64,000 nt of DNA from assembly GCA_934754495.1 (NCBI GenBank), contig CAKVHW010000001.1, positions 136,462 to 200,461 of the forward strand. Direction: 5' to 3'. This DNA is from an uncultured Clostridia bacterium (GTDB lineage: Bacteria; Bacillota; Clostridia; Christensenellales; UBA1242). Below, piece after piece: positions 1 through 10,205 of the stretch (the first letter of the stretch is position 1; every line of letters starts with the position of its first letter). The translations under genes and the position numbers were made by a program. The notes below the pieces were generated by a model, which had not been told where the DNA came from, ran no database searches, and saw nothing but the letters and a program-made list of their open reading frames with translations.

Positions 1-385
1 TCTCTTGAATTTGTTGTTTCGAATATTCCTTAACTACTGCTGGGATTTTCTTTAATCCCGCAAGTTTAGAAGCCCTAAACCTTCTTTCACCTGCAACAAT
101 CATATATCTATCGCCTACAGGTGTTACAAGAATAGGTTGAATTACACCATATGTCTTAATGCTATCAGCCAATTCCTTTAGCGCCGTTGGGTCAAAGTTT
201 TTTCTTGGTTGTTCTTTATTATTGTCAATCTTTGAAATTTCAATTTCTATAGTGTTTAAGTTATTGTCAGAAACTGGTGGTTTTTTGTCAGAAACTTGTT
301 TTTTTGTTTCAACAACCTCATCTCTGCTGTCAAAAATACCTAAAAGACTATCTAAGCCTCTTCCTAGTCCTTTTTTCTGTTCCAT
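1..385 (-). CDS. parB: ParB/Spo0J chromosome-partitioning protein, N-terminal part (C-terminus lies beyond the window start)
   Basis: Absent from the ORF track because it is truncated. My minus-strand translation from the ATG at 385-383 gives MEQKKGLGRGLDSLLGIF...IQPILVTPVGDRYMIVAGERRFRASKLAGLKKIPAVV. This contains the GLGRGL box and the GERRxRA ParB motif. It lies directly downstream of parA. Confidence 0.9.
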   Translation of the reverse strand, partial: MEQKKGLGRGLDSLLGIFDSRDEVVETKKQVSDKKPPVSDNNLNTIEIEISKIDNNKEQPRKNFDPTALKELADSIKTYGVIQPILVTPVGDRYMIVAGERRFRASKLAGLKKIPAVVKEYSKQQIQE

Positions 386-436
386 TTTTATTTTCCCCTT
401 TTTAATTTACTTTTTAATAATCCCTAAATATAGCTA

Positions 437-1198
437 TTATTGATGTTTTAAAAATTCTTTTGTTAGTTCTTTGTAAGCAAGTCCACCAGTACTTTTTGGA
501 TCATAATAGTTAATTGGTTCTCCATAACTTGGAGCCTCAGCAAGACGAATATTACGTGGTATAATTGTTTTGTATACCTTTTCTTTAAAGTACTTTGCCA
601 CATCTTCAGCAACATTTGTGCCTAAATTGCTTCTACCATCTTTCATTGTAAGAACTACACCTTCAACATCAATTTCTGGATTAAGGTGTTTTTTAACCAA
701 TTTCAAGGTATACATCAACACACTTAAACCCTCCAAAGCAAAATATTCACATTGAATAGGAATAATTACCCCATCACTTGCTGTAAGAGCATTTACTGTA
801 ATAAGCCCTAAAGATGGAGGGCAGTCAATACAAATAAAATCATAATCATCTTTTATTTTACTTACAGCCTTTTTAAATGCTTTTTCACGATTATTTATAT
901 CAACAAGTTCTACTTCAGCCCCCGCAAGATCAACATTTGCTGGAATCAACTGCAAATTTTTAAATGGAGTATCAAGTATTGCTTCTTTTATATCGTCTTC
1001 GTTAATAATAATGTTATATATTGTTTTGTGCTTATCTTCTTTATTAATTCCCACACTACTTGTGGCATTTCCTTGTGGGTCCATATCTATTAGCAAAACC
1101 TTTTTACCAACTTCAGCCAAACAACTCGCCATATTAACACAAGTTGTTGTTTTGCCAACACCACCCTTTTGATTAATAAAGGATATTATTTTTCCCAT
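437..1198 (-). CDS. parA: ParA/Soj chromosome-partitioning ATPase
   Basis: 253 aa with the deviant Walker A motif KGGVGKTT and DMDPQGN. Full-length ParA-like sequence, followed by parB. Confidence 0.95.
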   Translation of the reverse strand: MGKIISFINQKGGVGKTTTCVNMASCLAEVGKKVLLIDMDPQGNATSSVGINKEDKHKTIYNIIINEDDIKEAILDTPFKNLQLIPANVDLAGAEVELVDINNREKAFKKAVSKIKDDYDFICIDCPPSLGLITVNALTASDGVIIPIQCEYFALEGLSVLMYTLKLVKKHLNPEIDVEGVVLTMKDGRSNLGTNVAEDVAKYFKEKVYKTIIPRNIRLAEAPSYGEPINYYDPKSTGGLAYKELTKEFLKHQ

Positions 1199-1398
1199 AA
1201 TTCTCCCCCTATATTAAATTTGTAATTAAATTATATCATTAAAATAATTGTATTCCAAACAAATAAACACACCTAAATTAAGATATTTTTATAGAAATAT
1301 ACAAATTTTTATTACATTTTTCTTGCACGTACAGCATTTTAACTAAATTAAGGTTTTATTTGTTTAGACGTTTACTTATTAATTATCTTTAAACAAAT

Positions 1399-1414
1399 TG
1401 TTTCACGTGAAACA
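1399..1414. promoter_or_regulatory. parS site 1 (TGTTTCACGTGAAACA)
   Basis: Exact 16-bp palindrome matching the Firmicute parS consensus TGTTNCACGTGAAACA. Lies in the parA-rsmG gap. Confidence 0.9.
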
Positions 1415-1686
1415 TTCTTAATAAAACACATGTATTATAATATTTGCAATTTACAAAACAATATTTTAATACTACAGAAACGTATGGATGTTTAAATATA
1501 TGGATACAATAAAGAATTTAGTTATTTATATATAATTAAATACATAATTAAAAAACAATTTATTTTTACCATTGTAACATGTTTTTCACTAATGATATAT
1601 AAATTTGTGCTTTTATAGTACATATTATTATACTGCAACACACATTATAACAATAGTATAAAATCGTATAAAGATGTTTAAAAAAA

Positions 1687-1702
1687 TGTTTCACGTGAAA
1701 CA
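1687..1702. promoter_or_regulatory. parS site 2 (core inside a 24-bp perfect palindrome AAAATGTTTCACGTGAAACATTTT)
   Basis: Exact parS core read in the sequence. Confidence 0.9.
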
Positions 1703-2031
1703 TTTTTTCATATTTTATATTGTTTATTAAAAATAGTTTTAGTTATAAATAAAGAATAAGGTGTATTATCAAGTATAATATTATCGAAATAGCTTAAAAC
1801 ATGATTTATATTAAATAATTATTTAATAAATAATTAATTCTTATTAAAAACCAAATAGGTGTTTAAAAACCTATTAGAGATTAAATTATATGATATTTAT
1901 ACAAGGCAAACTCAATTCGCTTATATATTCATGTGATATAATATGGATTATATAATTATTTTTTAAATAGAAAATTTAAAATTAAAAACAACAATAACAA
2001 AAAGATATTAAGCATATAAAACATATTAAAT

Positions 2032-2067
2032 AAAAAAAGAGATATTTGATAAAATTATCTCTTTTTT
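2032..2067 (-). terminator. Rho-independent terminator after rsmG
   Basis: Stem AGAGATA / TATCTCT flanked by an A-run and a T-run, immediately downstream of the rsmG stop codon. Confidence 0.7.
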
Positions 2068-2078
2068 AAATTAAAATA

Positions 2079-2771
2079 TTAATGCAACGGTTCAAGACGA
2101 GGTTTATTTCCACCACGTGGGTATTTATTAGATGTTGTTTGTTGCTTATTAAACACAACAATATATCTTTTACCGTATTCTTTAAGGTCAAATGTTAATA
2201 TATCAGATTGTTTCACGTGAAACATTCTAATAACATTCCTACAATCAAGTAGTTCTTGATTATAATTGTCGCCTTTATACATTACTATACTTCCGCCTAC
2301 CTTTGCAAAAGGAACCATATATTCTAGCAACGTATTCATAGAAGCAACCGCTCTTGCAACAATATAATCATACTTTTCACGATTATCTTTAGCATAATCT
2401 TCACATCTAGTATGATATGCAACAACATTTTGTAAGTTTAAAAGGTCAATTAATTGATTTAAAAAGTTAACCTTTTTGTTAACACTATCAATAAGAGTGA
2501 ATTTTAGGTCAGGTCTAAGTATGGCAAGTGGAACACTAGGAAAGCCAGCCCCAGCCCCAATATCAAGTATATTTGAATTACTTTTAAATACATCTGTAGG
2601 TAAAACACTGTCTAAAAAGTGTTTTATATATACTTCATTTTTTTCAGTAATGCCTGTAAGATTATACTTTTCATTTTCTTGAATTAAAAAATTAAAGTAT
2701 TTATCAAACATTTCGCATTGTAAATCAGAAAGTGAAATATTATATTCTTTAAATAATTCTTTTAAATCCAT
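2079..2771 (-). CDS. rsmG: 16S rRNA (guanine527-N7)-methyltransferase RsmG/GidB
   Basis: 230 aa with the SAM-binding motif LDIGAGAGFPSVPLAI. Canonical position next to mnmG. Confidence 0.92.
   Translation of the reverse strand: MDLKELFKEYNISLSDLQCEMFDKYFNFLIQENEKYNLTGITEKNEVYIKHFLDSVLPTDVFKSNSNILDIGAGAGFPSVPLAILRPDLKFTLIDSVNKKVNFLNQLIDLLNLQNVVAYHTRCEDYAKDNREKYDYIVARAVASMNTLLEYMVPFAKVGGSIVMYKGDNYNQELLDCRNVIRMFHVKQSDILTFDLKEYGKRYIVVFNKQQTTSNKYPRGGNKPRLEPLH
2209..2224. promoter_or_regulatory. parS site 3, inside the rsmG coding sequence
   Basis: Exact TGTTTCACGTGAAACA. Shares the flanks ATTG...CATTCT with site 1. Confidence 0.85.
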
Positions 2772-2815
2772 TTAACTCTCCTTATTGTAGATTAAGAAAG
2801 TACACATTTAGAAAA

Positions 2816-2831
2816 TGTTTCACGTGAAACA
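2816..2831. promoter_or_regulatory. parS site 4 (core inside a 26-bp perfect palindrome GAAAATGTTTCACGTGAAACATTTTC)
   Basis: Exact parS core in the rsmG-mnmG intergenic region. Confidence 0.9.
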
Positions 2832-3010
2832 TTTTCTTACATTGTTACATACTTAGACCATAACATATTTATATATCAATAAAAACAATCATATTTAATG
2901 AAATATAATAAAATATATATAATAAGTTTTATAATATATAAATTATATAAAACCCTATATAAAACAAAATCTTATAAACTCAAACAAGCTGTAATTATTA
3001 CATAAAAGCA

Positions 3011-4876
3011 TTAATTGACATGGTGCATCTTTAAAAATACAATCAATACAGATATATCTGCAGGACTTATACCAGAAATACGGCTGGCTTGACCAATGTT
3101 AAGAGGTTTAATTTTGTTAAGCTTTTGTTGAGCTTCTTTTCTTAATCCTTTTATATCATCAAAATTAATATCACTAGGAATTAACATGTTTTCTTGTTTA
3201 AGGCTTTGTTCTATCTGTTTTTCTTGTCTTACAAGATAGCCTTCATATTTTGCCATAATTTCAACTTGTTTTAAAACATCATTAGGATACTTCTTTAATT
3301 CATCAAAAATCTCGACTAAATCAGTCATATAAATACTATTACGTTTTAAGGCATCAAAAACACTAATACCAGTTGTAGGAAATACTTCATTTTTAGATAA
3401 CATAAGTTTTCCCAAATCGCTTTTTATACTAAATCTTTGTTCGCAAAATCTTTTTACTTCATTAATTTGTTTTAGTTTATTTTTATATTGATTGTATCGT
3501 TTTTTGTCAACAAGTCCATATTTTTTGCCAATTTCTGTTAGTCTAATGTCAGCATTGTCTTGTCTTAGCCATAATCTATACTCGGCACGGCTAGTCATCA
3601 TACGGTATGGTTCGTTGGTTCCTTTACTTACAAGATCGTCTATTAGCACACCAATATATGCTTCATTTCTCTTTAATACAAGTTGCTCTTTATTTAGCAC
3701 ATATTGTCCAGCATTGATACCAGCAATTATACCTTGTGCACCTGCTTCTTCATAACCACTTGTACCATTAATTTGACCAGCAAAGTATAAACCATTAATA
3801 AATTTACATTCCAAAGTTGGGTAAAGTTGGGTTGGGTCGATGGCATCATACTCAATTGCATAAGCATCACGCATAATTTTTGCATTTTCCAAGCCTTCTA
3901 CACTATGCACAATTTGTTGTTGAATGTCCACAGGCATACTTGTAGATAAACCTTGCACATACATTTCGTTTGTTGAAAGTGCTTCTGGCTCTAAAAACAA
4001 TTGATGACGGTCTTTATCAGAAAATCTTACAATTTTTGTTTCGATACTAGGGCAATATCGTGGGCCCTCACTCTTAATAATACCGCTATACATAGGCGCT
4101 TTATCAAGATTGTTAAGAATAATGTTTTTAGTATCAAGAGTTGTGTAGGTTAGCCAACAATCAGCAACATTTTTAGGTTCTTTTTTGGTCATAAATGAAA
4201 AACATTGAATACCATCTTCACCTTTTTGAATTTCAACCTTAGAATAATCTACCGTATTGTTGTAAATTCTTACTGGTGTACCTGTTTTGAATCTAACAAT
4301 TTTAAAACCAAGGTCAATAAGATTTTTGGTAAGATAATTTGCATTAGAAAAACCGTTTGGTCCTTCATTTTTTAGATATTCACCCACAATAATACGGCTA
4401 TTTAAGTATACACCTGTGCAAATAACAGCGGTTTTGCACACAAAAGTTTGACCTTGTGCGGTTTTTACAGCAGTTACACGACCATTTTCAACCACAATTT
4501 CACTTACTTCGGCTTGTTTTATATCCAAATTAGGTTGATTTTCAAGGGTTTGTTTCATGAAAGTGTGGTATTTAATTTTATCTGTTTGTGCTCTCAAACT
4601 TTGAACAGCTGGACCCTTACTACTATTTAACATACGGCGTTGAATTGTTGCTTTATCGGCATTAATTCCCATTTGACCACCTAGTGCATCAATTTCACAC
4701 ACTAAGTGACCCTTAGCAGTTCCGCCAATACTAGGATTGCACGCCAAAAAAGCAATGCTATCAAGATTTAGAGTTAATAGCACAGTTTTAATTCCTTTTC
4801 TAGCAAGTGCAAGGCAGGCTTCACAACCTGCATGACCGCTACCAATTACAACAGCATCATAATCTGTAATTATCAT
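3011..4876 (-). CDS. mnmG: tRNA uridine-5-carboxymethylaminomethyl modification enzyme MnmG/GidA
   Basis: FAD-binding motif DAVVIGSGHAGCEA and full-length GidA-like sequence. I place the start at MIITDYD (ATG at 4876, preceded by GAAGGA). The 11-codon extension in the ORF track would overlap mnmE. Confidence 0.93.
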   Translation of the reverse strand: MIITDYDAVVIGSGHAGCEACLALARKGIKTVLLTLNLDSIAFLACNPSIGGTAKGHLVCEIDALGGQMGINADKATIQRRMLNSSKGPAVQSLRAQTDKIKYHTFMKQTLENQPNLDIKQAEVSEIVVENGRVTAVKTAQGQTFVCKTAVICTGVYLNSRIIVGEYLKNEGPNGFSNANYLTKNLIDLGFKIVRFKTGTPVRIYNNTVDYSKVEIQKGEDGIQCFSFMTKKEPKNVADCWLTYTTLDTKNIILNNLDKAPMYSGIIKSEGPRYCPSIETKIVRFSDKDRHQLFLEPEALSTNEMYVQGLSTSMPVDIQQQIVHSVEGLENAKIMRDAYAIEYDAIDPTQLYPTLECKFINGLYFAGQINGTSGYEEAGAQGIIAGINAGQYVLNKEQLVLKRNEAYIGVLIDDLVSKGTNEPYRMMTSRAEYRLWLRQDNADIRLTEIGKKYGLVDKKRYNQYKNKLKQINEVKRFCEQRFSIKSDLGKLMLSKNEVFPTTGISVFDALKRNSIYMTDLVEIFDELKKYPNDVLKQVEIMAKYEGYLVRQEKQIEQSLKQENMLIPSDINFDDIKGLRKEAQQKLNKIKPLNIGQASRISGISPADISVLIVFLKMHHVN

Positions 4877-4895
4877 TATTTTCCTTCTTTTGTTT

Positions 4896-6251
4896 TTATT
4901 TTCCAACACAAAAATTCATAAAAATTGAATTTATAATTTCTTCATTGTTGGTTTCCCCAGTAATTTCACCAAGAACACTCCAAACATTGTAAATATCTAC
5001 AGCAACAAGTTCTAGTGATACATGATTATTAAGAGATTCAATAACATTTTTTAGACTTTCCAAAGCACGATCAAGTGCATTTATGTGACGAGTGTTGGTT
5101 ATTATTACACTTGAATTCATAATTTTTTCATCAATCATCATATCGAAAAGCTTTTGTTTAACATCATTAATTCCGTTTTTTAACAATGCAGATGTTTTAA
5201 TAATATTGTTGAATGGTAATTTTGATGTATCAAGTTTTTGGCCAAGGTCATTTTTATTAACAACCACCAAAACCTTTTTATCTTTAATAAGGTTAATAAT
5301 TTTTTGGTCGTCTTCAGATAATTCGCAACTCCCATCTAATATCAACAACACAATATCAGCCATATTAATTGCTTCAACAGACCTATCAACACCAATTTTT
5401 TCTACAGTGTCATCACTTTCTCTAATTCCTGCTGTATCTACAATTATAAACTTTACACCATTGTATGTGAAAGTTTCTTCCAAGGTATCACGAGTTGTAC
5501 CCTTAATATCTGTTACAATTGCACGGTTGTAGTTAAGTAGGGCATTCATAATGCTAGATTTTCCTACATTTGGCTTACCCAAAATTACAACACGACACCC
5601 ATTTTTAATTGTCATCCCTGTGTCTGCAGTTTTTCTAATATCTAAAATTTGTCCTTCTAATTTATGCATTCTAGTTAAAACTTCACTAGCAGTTATGTCT
5701 TCAATGTCATATTCTGGATAATCAAAATTAACATCAATAAAAGCAAGTGTGTCAGTTAGTTCTTTTTGAATTTTTGCAATCTCTCGTTGCAAGTTTCCCT
5801 GCAATAAGTTGTAACCGGCTTTAAGTTCGCTATCACTTTCAGCATTAATAATATCAATAACACCTTCAGCTTCATCAAGGCTTATTTTTTTATTTAAAAA
5901 CGCACGTTTTGTAAATTCACCTGCTTCAGCAAGTCTAACTCCGCTAGACATTATGGTTTTTAATATTAAATTAGTTATTGCAACACCGCCGTGGCATTGA
6001 AACTCAACCAAATCTTCACCAGTATAACTATTTGGTGCTTTAAAATAAACACAAAGACAGTGTTCACTAAAATCACCCAAATTAAATTTACCTAAATACA
6101 TATAACGTGGCTTAATATTATCTACACTAAAATTTTTGGCAGTAAAAAATTTGGAAACGACATTTAATGCATCGTCACCACTAACACGAATTATTGAAAT
6201 TCCGCCCACACCAATTGCTGTGGATATTGCACAAATTGTGTCTTGCGTCAT
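4896..6251 (-). CDS. mnmE: tRNA modification GTPase MnmE/TrmE
   Basis: 451 aa with G1 motif GKPNVGKSS, DTAGIR, NKND and the C-terminal CVGK motif. Confidence 0.95.
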   Translation of the reverse strand: MTQDTICAISTAIGVGGISIIRVSGDDALNVVSKFFTAKNFSVDNIKPRYMYLGKFNLGDFSEHCLCVYFKAPNSYTGEDLVEFQCHGGVAITNLILKTIMSSGVRLAEAGEFTKRAFLNKKISLDEAEGVIDIINAESDSELKAGYNLLQGNLQREIAKIQKELTDTLAFIDVNFDYPEYDIEDITASEVLTRMHKLEGQILDIRKTADTGMTIKNGCRVVILGKPNVGKSSIMNALLNYNRAIVTDIKGTTRDTLEETFTYNGVKFIIVDTAGIRESDDTVEKIGVDRSVEAINMADIVLLILDGSCELSEDDQKIINLIKDKKVLVVVNKNDLGQKLDTSKLPFNNIIKTSALLKNGINDVKQKLFDMMIDEKIMNSSVIITNTRHINALDRALESLKNVIESLNNHVSLELVAVDIYNVWSVLGEITGETNNEEIINSIFMNFCVGK

Positions 6252-6324
6252 ATTTGTACTTACCTTTTTTTATTATTTTTCGGCTACATTATATCACAAC
6301 AGTATTAATTTTAAAATAGTTTAT

Positions 6325-6353
6325 TAAAAAAAAATGCCAAATGGCATTTTTTT
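6325..6353. terminator. Bidirectional hairpin between jag and mnmE
   Basis: ATGCC-AAAT-GGCAT stem-loop flanked by an A-run and a T-run. Confidence 0.55.
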
Positions 6354-6413
6354 ATTGTCTTATTAAGTTATATTGCATTGAAATATTTTTAATTTTTTTA
6401 TAATTCATTAAAA

Positions 6414-7115
6414 CTATGCAATATAATCAATTACTAAAAATCTTGTTGGGTCAGTGCCTTCGCTGTGAGTCCCAATATGATTTTTGTTTTGAAGTGCATT
6501 GTGAATAATTTTACGTTCATAACGGTTCATAGGTTCTAGTTTCATGCTACGTTTGTTTTTAACAACTTTATCTGCAAGTCTTAAAGCCATATCAACAATT
6601 GTACTTTCTCTTTTAGCACGATAGTTTTCAATATCAACATAAACTTTACGTTCGTAATTTTTAAATTTATCACGAACAATAGTATTTAAAATGTATTGTA
6701 AAGAGTCTAGTGCATCACCATGATAACCAATTAAGCCACCCATATTTTCGCCAGTAACTCTTACGATAATATCTTTATCTTCTTCAGTTACTTCTAAGTG
6801 ATTTTCACCGCCATAAACTTTTAGTAAACCTTCCATAAAGTTTTTAACTTCTCCCATAACTTGTTTTGAAAGTTCGGCATCATAAGGAAGTTCACGTTTT
6901 GGTTCTGTTTTTACAACAGGTTTTACATTGCTTTCTTCGTATTCTTTTTTCTCGTCTTCGTTTTCAAACAATGTCATTTCAATTTTAAATTTCTTTAATG
7001 TTTTGTTTTCTTCTAACACTTTTATAGCAACTTTATCTTTTTCGGCTTCTAGTAACATAAGACCTTTTTCAATTGCTTTATCCAAACTTGTAGAACTAAC
7101 TTCAATTGTTCTCAT
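6414..7115 (-). CDS. jag: Jag/KhpB RNA-binding protein (Jag_N, KH and R3H domains)
   Basis: 233 aa with GYHGDALDSLQYI (KH-like) and ERKIIHNAL (R3H). Conserved position after yidC. Confidence 0.88.
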   Translation of the reverse strand: MRTIEVSSTSLDKAIEKGLMLLEAEKDKVAIKVLEENKTLKKFKIEMTLFENEDEKKEYEESNVKPVVKTEPKRELPYDAELSKQVMGEVKNFMEGLLKVYGGENHLEVTEEDKDIIVRVTGENMGGLIGYHGDALDSLQYILNTIVRDKFKNYERKVYVDIENYRAKRESTIVDMALRLADKVVKNKRSMKLEPMNRYERKIIHNALQNKNHIGTHSEGTDPTRFLVIDYIA

Positions 7116-7127
7116 AAAATTTTCTCC

Positions 7128-8174
7128 TTATCTTGAGTATTCAGGTTTATTGTTGTTTATCTTTTTTTGTGCTTTCTTTTCAAACCAACTATCAATAGCA
7201 AGTGTGATAAGTGGTGAAGTAATACACATAAACAATGAGCCTGTTAGAATGTAAATACCAAATGCGGCATTATAGAAAATCATAAATAATCCCATAACAA
7301 TAGGCATAATTATAGTCATTGCCTTGTTTTGAGCCATACTACTCATGTAAGGAAGACCTTTTTTCTTTGCTCTTGTTTTACTAACAACATCAGACAAATA
7401 CATACTTAAAAAACTAAGTCCTGCGTTTATAATTGCTAGCAAGAAATAACCGTTCCAGCCTTTATATTCTGCTTGAATAGGGTTCATAATTTTTTCGTAA
7501 TTTTCTTGGCTAATTTCTTCAGCACTAACTTTAGTTGTTTTTAAGAATGTGTTGTAAGATAGCGTAACTTTTCCGCTTGTATCTGGACGCCAAATATTTT
7601 TAATCCACAAAAATCCGTTTTTAATTTCACCATACTTCTTAACAACCGCATTTTGTGCTTGGGTTGTTGCATACTCGTCAATAGTAACACCATCAACAGG
7701 GTTAAGGGTATATTCTTCTTTTGCTGTAGTTTCAACAATAGTGTATGTCTCGTTTAGGGTAGTGTATTCTTGATACAACTTGTAAGCACTCATTTTGTTT
7801 AGGGTGCTAAATAATGTAAAGAACACAACCATTGTGATAACCATATAAGCAAGCATACCAAAACATGTACCATAGATATTAAAGTTGTTCTTTTTGTAAA
7901 GCTCATTTAATTTCTGGTTTTTCATGTTTGGGTTATTTGCATATAGTTTGTTTATTTTTTCAAGTTCTGGTCGCATTTCTAATTGCATTTGCATGTTCTT
8001 TTTAGAAACATATTTATTGTAAAAGTCAAAAGGCAACAACACAACTTTAATAAGTAAGGTCAAAACAATCAAAACAACGGCATAGTTTGCAATTCCGCCT
8101 TCAAGCCAGTTAATAAGTTTTGCCCAAAGTCCTGTTGGAGCAGTAATTTGCCCCAATACGCTTAAAAAATCCAT
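7128..8174 (-). CDS. yidC: Membrane protein insertase YidC/SpoIIIJ family
   Basis: 348 aa, multi-pass membrane protein with a basic C-terminal tail. Sits in the conserved rnpA-yidD-yidC-jag order. Confidence 0.85.
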   Translation of the reverse strand: MDFLSVLGQITAPTGLWAKLINWLEGGIANYAVVLIVLTLLIKVVLLPFDFYNKYVSKKNMQMQLEMRPELEKINKLYANNPNMKNQKLNELYKKNNFNIYGTCFGMLAYMVITMVVFFTLFSTLNKMSAYKLYQEYTTLNETYTIVETTAKEEYTLNPVDGVTIDEYATTQAQNAVVKKYGEIKNGFLWIKNIWRPDTSGKVTLSYNTFLKTTKVSAEEISQENYEKIMNPIQAEYKGWNGYFLLAIINAGLSFLSMYLSDVVSKTRAKKKGLPYMSSMAQNKAMTIIMPIVMGLFMIFYNAAFGIYILTGSLFMCITSPLITLAIDSWFEKKAQKKINNNKPEYSR

Positions 8175-8440
8175 TTCTTATCTCCTTTTAAATTGTATGG
8201 CACTAAATCAAGACCGCCCTTACTAAGCGGATTGCATCTAACAATTCGTCGTGTGCCCAGTATTATGCCTTTAATAACTCCCCATTCTTTAATGGCCTGT
8301 AGCATGTATGTACTACAACTTGGCTTAAACCTACAGTGGTTTCCGCTAAGTAATGGCGAGATACAGATTTTGTATAAATAAATTAATAAGTTGGCAATCA
8401 GTCTAAAAGGATAACCAACAATATATAGAAATTTATTCAT
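8162..8440 (-). CDS. yidD: Membrane protein insertion efficiency factor YidD
   Basis: 92 aa with ISPLLSGNHCRFKPSCSTYMLQAIKEWG, typical of YidD. Overlaps both rnpA and yidC. Confidence 0.9.
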   Translation of the reverse strand: MNKFLYIVGYPFRLIANLLIYLYKICISPLLSGNHCRFKPSCSTYMLQAIKEWGVIKGIILGTRRIVRCNPLSKGGLDLVPYNLKGDKKWIF

Positions 8441-8777
8441 TAATAATCATACCACTTTTTTTGTAAAGTCCCAACATTTCTGCATAAATTTCATTAAATG
8501 TTTTGTCGGTTATGCTAGGCTTAGCAACAATCACATAGTTAAACTTAGTATTAACCTGTGGCATAATAAGTTTAAATGATTCTCTTAACCTACGCTTAAT
8601 AAGGTTTCGGGTGTGAGCCTTACCAATCTTTTTAGACACACTAAACCCAACCTTATAACTTTTAGCTTTTACAGGAGTGTATAGTAAAACCATGTTGTCT
8701 CCACTTTTTGAAACACCATTTTTATAAATATAGCCAAACATTTTACGTTTAGTAAGTCTAAATTGTTTTTGTAGCAT
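8433..8777 (-). CDS. rnpA: Ribonuclease P protein component
   Basis: 114 aa, basic, with KKIGKAHTRNLIKRRLRE (RNR motif). Lies downstream of rpmH. Confidence 0.9.
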   Translation of the reverse strand: MLQKQFRLTKRKMFGYIYKNGVSKSGDNMVLLYTPVKAKSYKVGFSVSKKIGKAHTRNLIKRRLRESFKLIMPQVNTKFNYVIVAKPSITDKTFNEIYAEMLGLYKKSGMIINE

Positions 8778-8800
8778 AATAAATACCTTTTATTAAAAAT

Positions 8801-8830
8801 AAGTGCCTAACCATTTCTAATTAGACACTT
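8801..8830 (-). terminator. Hairpin between rpmH and rnpA (attenuator or partial terminator)
   Basis: AAGTGCCTAA...TTAGACACTT pairs at 9 of 10 positions. On the minus strand it is followed by a U-rich tract. Confidence 0.45.
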
Positions 8831-8841
8831 TTAAATTTTTA

Positions 8842-8985
8842 TTATTTGTTTGATGTTGCTAGTTTTTTTCTGCCACGGTTTCTTCTTCTTTTAATAACAT
8901 TTCTGCCACCAGTAGTTTTCATTCTTTGTCTAAAACCATGAACTTTAACTCTTTGTTTTTTCTTAGGTTGATAAGTTCTTTTCAT
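8842..8985 (-). CDS. rpmH: 50S ribosomal protein L34
   Basis: Too short for the ORF track. My translation is [47 protein letters not shown], 47 aa. Confidence 0.95.
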   Translation of the reverse strand: MKRTYQPKKKQRVKVHGFRQRMKTTGGRNVIKRRRNRGRKKLATSNK

Positions 8986-9053
8986 TTCTGCAATCCTTCC
9001 TTTTTGATATATTAAATAGTAAAAGTACTATTATTTAACTTAAAAGCGTTTTA

Positions 9054-9082
9054 ATTATAATTTATAAAACAACGTAAGTCAA
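9054..9082 (-). promoter_or_regulatory. Consensus sigma-A promoter for rpmH-rnpA
   Basis: On the minus strand: TTGACT (9082-9077), a 17-nt spacer, then TATAAT (9059-9054). Confidence 0.7.
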
Positions 9083-9104
9083 GACATTTTTTATTTTTTT
9101 TAAA

Positions 9105-10205
9105 CTATACAATTCTTACAGGCAATATTAAATATAAAAATTCGTCACTATCATTGCCAGTAATAATACATGGCGCAACACTTGATGAAAAACTTAATTT
9201 TAAAAATTCATCAGTTGTTACTCTTAATGCTTCGGTAAAGTATCTTGCATTAAATGCAATACTTAAGTCGTTACCTTTTAATGAAATGGTGATGTTTTCT
9301 TTAATGTCACCTAATTCACTTTTGCTTGATAACACCATAACACGGTCACTTATATCAAACTTAACAAGGTTGTTTTTATCTATTCTAGATAGTAGTGATG
9401 CTCTCTCTAAAGCATCGGCAAGTTGTTGTTTGTTTAAAATAAGTTCGGTGGTAAAATTGCTAGGAATTATTTGATTGTAATCAATATAATTACCGTCTAA
9501 CAAGCGAGTTGTAATTTTAGTGTTGTCAATATCAACCATTAAGTAGTTTTTTTGAATAAACACCTTAACAGGATTATCATTTTCTTCTAATAGTTTTGAA
9601 ATTTCATTTAAACTACGAGCAGGAACAATAACATTAAATTTACCAGTTGATTTTAAAATTGGTTTTTTAACAACAGCTAATCTATAACCATCTAGAGCAA
9701 TTGATTTTACAAAACCATCTGAAACTTCAAGTTTGCAACCTTTTAGTATTGGTCGTGTATCTTCTTGTGCTACACTAAATATTGACTTATTAATAAGATT
9801 TCTTAGGTCGTTTTGAGTAATTTCAAAATATTCGTTGTAATCAAGTTTTTTTACTTGTGGAAATTCTTGAGGGTTTAAACATTGAATTTTTCCTACACTA
9901 TCGGTGTATTTAATACTAAGCACATTGTTTTCGTTTAGGTTAAGTTCAATTTGTTCATTGCTAAGCTTTTTAATGTATTCATTAAATAGTTTACCAGGAA
10001 CAACTGTTTCACCTTCAAGTTTTACTTCAGCACGAATTGTTTTTTCAATACTAAGTTCTAGGTCGGTTGCTGTTAAAACCAAATTATCTTCTTCTGTAGA
10101 TAGTTTAATTCCTTCTAGTATTGGGTTTGTGGTTTTACTGCTAGTACCTTTAGATACTTTTAATAATGCATCACTAAGTTCTAATCCTTCGCAAACTATT
10201 TTCAT
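9105..10205 (-). CDS. dnaN: DNA polymerase III beta sliding clamp
   Basis: 366 aa with full-length DnaN-like sequence (MKIVCEGLELSDALLKVSKG...LILPVRIV). Confidence 0.95.
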   Translation of the reverse strand: MKIVCEGLELSDALLKVSKGTSSKTTNPILEGIKLSTEEDNLVLTATDLELSIEKTIRAEVKLEGETVVPGKLFNEYIKKLSNEQIELNLNENNVLSIKYTDSVGKIQCLNPQEFPQVKKLDYNEYFEITQNDLRNLINKSIFSVAQEDTRPILKGCKLEVSDGFVKSIALDGYRLAVVKKPILKSTGKFNVIVPARSLNEISKLLEENDNPVKVFIQKNYLMVDIDNTKITTRLLDGNYIDYNQIIPSNFTTELILNKQQLADALERASLLSRIDKNNLVKFDISDRVMVLSSKSELGDIKENITISLKGNDLSIAFNARYFTEALRVTTDEFLKLSFSSSVAPCIITGNDSDEFLYLILPVRIV

